Under the pieces are notes generated by a model that saw nothing but the letters and a program-made list of their open reading frames with translations, was not told the DNA's origin and did not search any database. A program made the translations under genes and the position numbers. This document shows, piece by piece, positions 61,476 through 64,000 of a stretch of DNA of 64,000 bases (within the stretch, counting starts at the first letter, position 1; every line of letters starts with the position of its first letter). Source of the DNA: Candidatus Latescibacterota bacterium (GTDB taxonomy: Bacteria; Latescibacterota; UBA2968; UBA8231); the NCBI GenBank assembly GCA_965206595.1, contig OZ242214.1, positions 5,952,001 to 6,016,000 of the forward strand, given 5' to 3'.

Positions 61476-62135
61476 ATGATCAAAACGAGGTCGATAGCGT
61501 TAACCGTATTCGACATTCTCGCCAGGAACTCCTTCGCCGAGATCTCTCCCTTCGAATACATCGGTGCTCCCCCTGGTTTTAAAAATGGCTTTTACAAAGT
61601 AGTTCCTTACTTTGATTATCCCGGTGTGAAACCAGAAGGGGAAAAGGTCCCGAATCCTTTTCCGGATGGACCAGATTACCTCATAACCCCCGGATGGAAT
61701 GGCACGTACTTTGGCGACAGACCTCACGCGGGCGATAACTTCCCGAATACAGCCTACGTGTATGTATACGATATCAGCAATCACGATCATGTGGGGAGAC
61801 ATCCCTGTAATTCAATATCTCTACTTTTATCCCTACAATCACTGGTGGAACAGACATGAGGGCGACTGGCAGAGAATTCATGTAATTGTCAATACGAGGC
61901 ATCTCCATGACAATATTGACGATATAGAAGTACTAGGCGTGGAATATCTATTGCATGGGGCGCATTTGTCATATTACGATGATTACGTAATGACATTTGA
62001 AATACCTCCTGGTGTAGGAGGAGGGGGCACGACCATAACGGAAAGTATGCCCGATCTAACCACCAGTCTCGTATTTAATCCGCGGGAAAACATTAAATTA
62101 AGCCAGGGGACGCATCCCATAGTCTATGTGGGTGC
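61476..62135 (+). pseudogene. Vps62/NPP1-like protein fragment, low GC, frameshifted, cut by IS91
   Basis: IQYLYFYPYN...HEGDWQRI. Confidence 0.5.
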
Positions 62136-63090
62136 CCTTCTCGACGACACCGCAGCCGATCCGCTCGCCGACGAGGAGCCCGTCCTGGCGGCTCTCACCG
62201 CGGCTTCGGTGCGAGGGCTCACCGCCACCGGGGCACGCGCCGGCCAACGCCTGCGCCGGGTCCTGAAAGATGCGGCCACCGGGGTGCGTACGGCGCCCTT
62301 GTGCTTTGCTTCGCGCGGCTTTTGGCTGCATGCGGCAACGCGGATCGCGGGCCCTGACCGGCGCGGGCTCGAACGCTTGTGCCGCTACGTGGCCCGGCCG
62401 GCCCCGGCCCTGGGGGGGGCGTCTGCGCATTCTCGATGCCGACCATCTTTCCTTCGCGCTCAAAACGCCGTGGTCGGATGGGACCCGCCCTCTCCTGCTC
62501 TCTCCGATGGAACTGCTGGAGAAGCTGGCGGCTCTGGTTCCCCCGCCCCGGTTTCATCTCCTACGCTACCACGGGGTCCTGGCGCCCCGGGCCCGGGCCC
62601 GCGAGCGCATCGTGCCGGCCAAGCCGGTTGCCGAGCCGTCGGCGGCGGATGGCGATGCGAGCGCTGTGTCCTGCGGCCATCGGCTGCGGTGGGCGACCCT
62701 GCTGGCGCGGGTGTTTTCCTCCGACATCAGCGAATGCGCGGCCTGTGGCGGTCGCCTGAGAATCATCGCGGCCCTGACCGATCCGGCCTCGATCCGGACC
62801 TATCTGGAGGGGGTAGGGCTGCCGGCGATGCCCCCGCCGAGGGTCCCGCCTGACCTGCCTTCTCGACCCGTCGCCGTCGCCGGGCGTACGGCTGGGTGTG
62901 CCCTCAACGGTCCCGAAGGCCCCGGATTGATCCGGATACGGGCCGACAGGCAACCAAACTGTACTGCGAGCTCGGTACTGCGAGCTCGGTCGAAGGACTG
63001 GCAAACGATCCTCCGGGAGCTGCCTGACCTTGGCGGTGCGCTGTCCGCCTTGACCGAGAGTCCAAAAAAGGTGCCTCATTTTACCTATAC
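62136..63090 (+). mobile_element. IS91-family remnant (5'-truncated, frameshifted Y2 transposase + oriIS-like end)
   Basis: GFWLHA, LERLCRYVARP, LKTPWSDGT, PPPRFHLLRYHGVLAP, CAACGG; ends TTTTACCTATAC. Confidence 0.85.
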
Positions 63091-63115
63091 TTGAGGGTGA
63101 TGCGGGAATGTGGCG

Positions 63116-64000
63116 CTATGCGCCAGATCTGCTACTGCCTGCTGTTTCGTCCAACGAAACTGCTTCACCGCGCTCAACTGATGTGCGCGCCGCCTCCAAC
63201 ACAGCCATGACGGCACGGACACTTTCCGGGGTGACTGCCAGCTCCTCTGTACCTCGGATGGCTGCAGCGATATTCTCGTAATAGGACCGCCACCGTCCGG
63301 GTACGGGTTCGATCACGGTCTCAGCCGGCTGCCCGTCGACTGCCGTCCACAGCCGTGGATAGTGGGCCGGATCCTCACGGGCCGCGTCGATATCTCCAGC
63401 GGCCATGGCCTTCTCCTGGGGATCCAGACCCGTCTTCACGAGTCCGCCTTTTGTCCCCAATATGTACCATCTCGGCTTTGAGTGTGTGGTGAGTGACGAA
63501 GTCACAACGTGCACATCGACGCCGCTGTCGAAACTTAGAATACAGTGGGCGTGGTCCTCCACCTCGGTCGGCCACCCCTCCGAGAAAAAGCGGGCGTAGA
63601 CCCGATCGAGGGACGCGCGAATCAGTTGGAGGGCTTGATCGATCATGTGCGCTCCCAGATCCACGAATTTGCCGCCGCCGCGCCGCCTTTCTCCGCGCCA
63701 GGTCCGGGGAGGGCCGTACTGCTGCCATGCCATCTCGATGTAGTACGGGTCACCGATCAAGCCTTCCTCGAGCACTTTCCGGACAGTGAGGTAGTCCCCA
63801 TCCCAGCGCCGGTTCTGAAAGATGCTGAGCAGACGTCCGGTCCTGCGGCTGGCGGCGATCATATCGTCTGCCTCTCGTAGATTCAGGCACATCGGTTTGT
63901 CCGTGACCACGTGCTTGCCAGCCTCCATGGCGGCTATGGCCTGCGGAGCGTGGATATCGTTGGGCGTGGCGAGGACAACCAGGTCGACATTTGAATCGGC
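63116..64000 (-). CDS. Gfo/Idh/MocA oxidoreductase (5' end outside window)
   Basis: AGKHVVTDKP, FQNRRWD, GGGKFVDLGAH. Confidence 0.9.
   Translation of the reverse strand, partial: ADSNVDLVVLATPNDIHAPQAIAAMEAGKHVVTDKPMCLNLREADDMIAASRRTGRLLSIFQNRRWDGDYLTVRKVLEEGLIGDPYYIEMAWQQYGPPRTWRGERRRGGGKFVDLGAHMIDQALQLIRASLDRVYARFFSEGWPTEVEDHAHCILSFDSGVDVHVVTSSLTTHSKPRWYILGTKGGLVKTGLDPQEKAMAAGDIDAAREDPAHYPRLWTAVDGQPAETVIEPVPGRWRSYYENIAAAIRGTEELAVTPESVRAVMAVLEAARTSVERGEAVSLDETAGSSRSGA

Noticed and set aside
61699-62853. 384-aa ORF as a novel fusion protein
   Set aside because: Chance in-frame junction of a Vps62-like fragment and an IS91 remnant

Overview
A GC-rich bacterial accessory region with no rRNA, tRNA or CRISPR array that I can see. 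Secreted proteins with 'NYPNPFNP' FlgD-Ig domains suggest a Latescibacterota/Gemmatimonadota-like host; this is inference. From left to right: (1) 2.2-15 kb is an IS pile-up. An inverted IS701 pair forms a composite transposon with a 6-bp TSD that carries integron-like cassettes (attC, higBA) into a DUF2971 gene. An ISKra4 is nested in an IS1380, and a second ISKra4 splits a beta-propeller glycoside hydrolase. (2) Catabolic and secreted-protein genes. (3) A five-gene atypical chaperone operon: large TPR protein, J-like protein without HPD, GrpE, short Hsp70, Zn-ribbon/TPR. (4) At the window centre, a translationally coupled pair of STAND-like ATPases. The second carries a wHTH and near-identical 126-bp TPR repeats with focused variable positions, making it an NLR-like candidate immune system. 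(5) A sigma54-driven YWTD surface protein truncated by an integrative element (~42.8-58.9 kb). The element has a P4-like integrase, AlpA, a Cre-like recombinase, a duplicated ParB/ssb/radC leading region, two orphan tandem NrdR-box leaders and Myb-like regulators. (6) A three-domain IPCT/DIPPS-HAD fusion and IS91 remnants, whose oriIS-like end recurs four times. Many frameshifts may reflect decay or sequencing indels.
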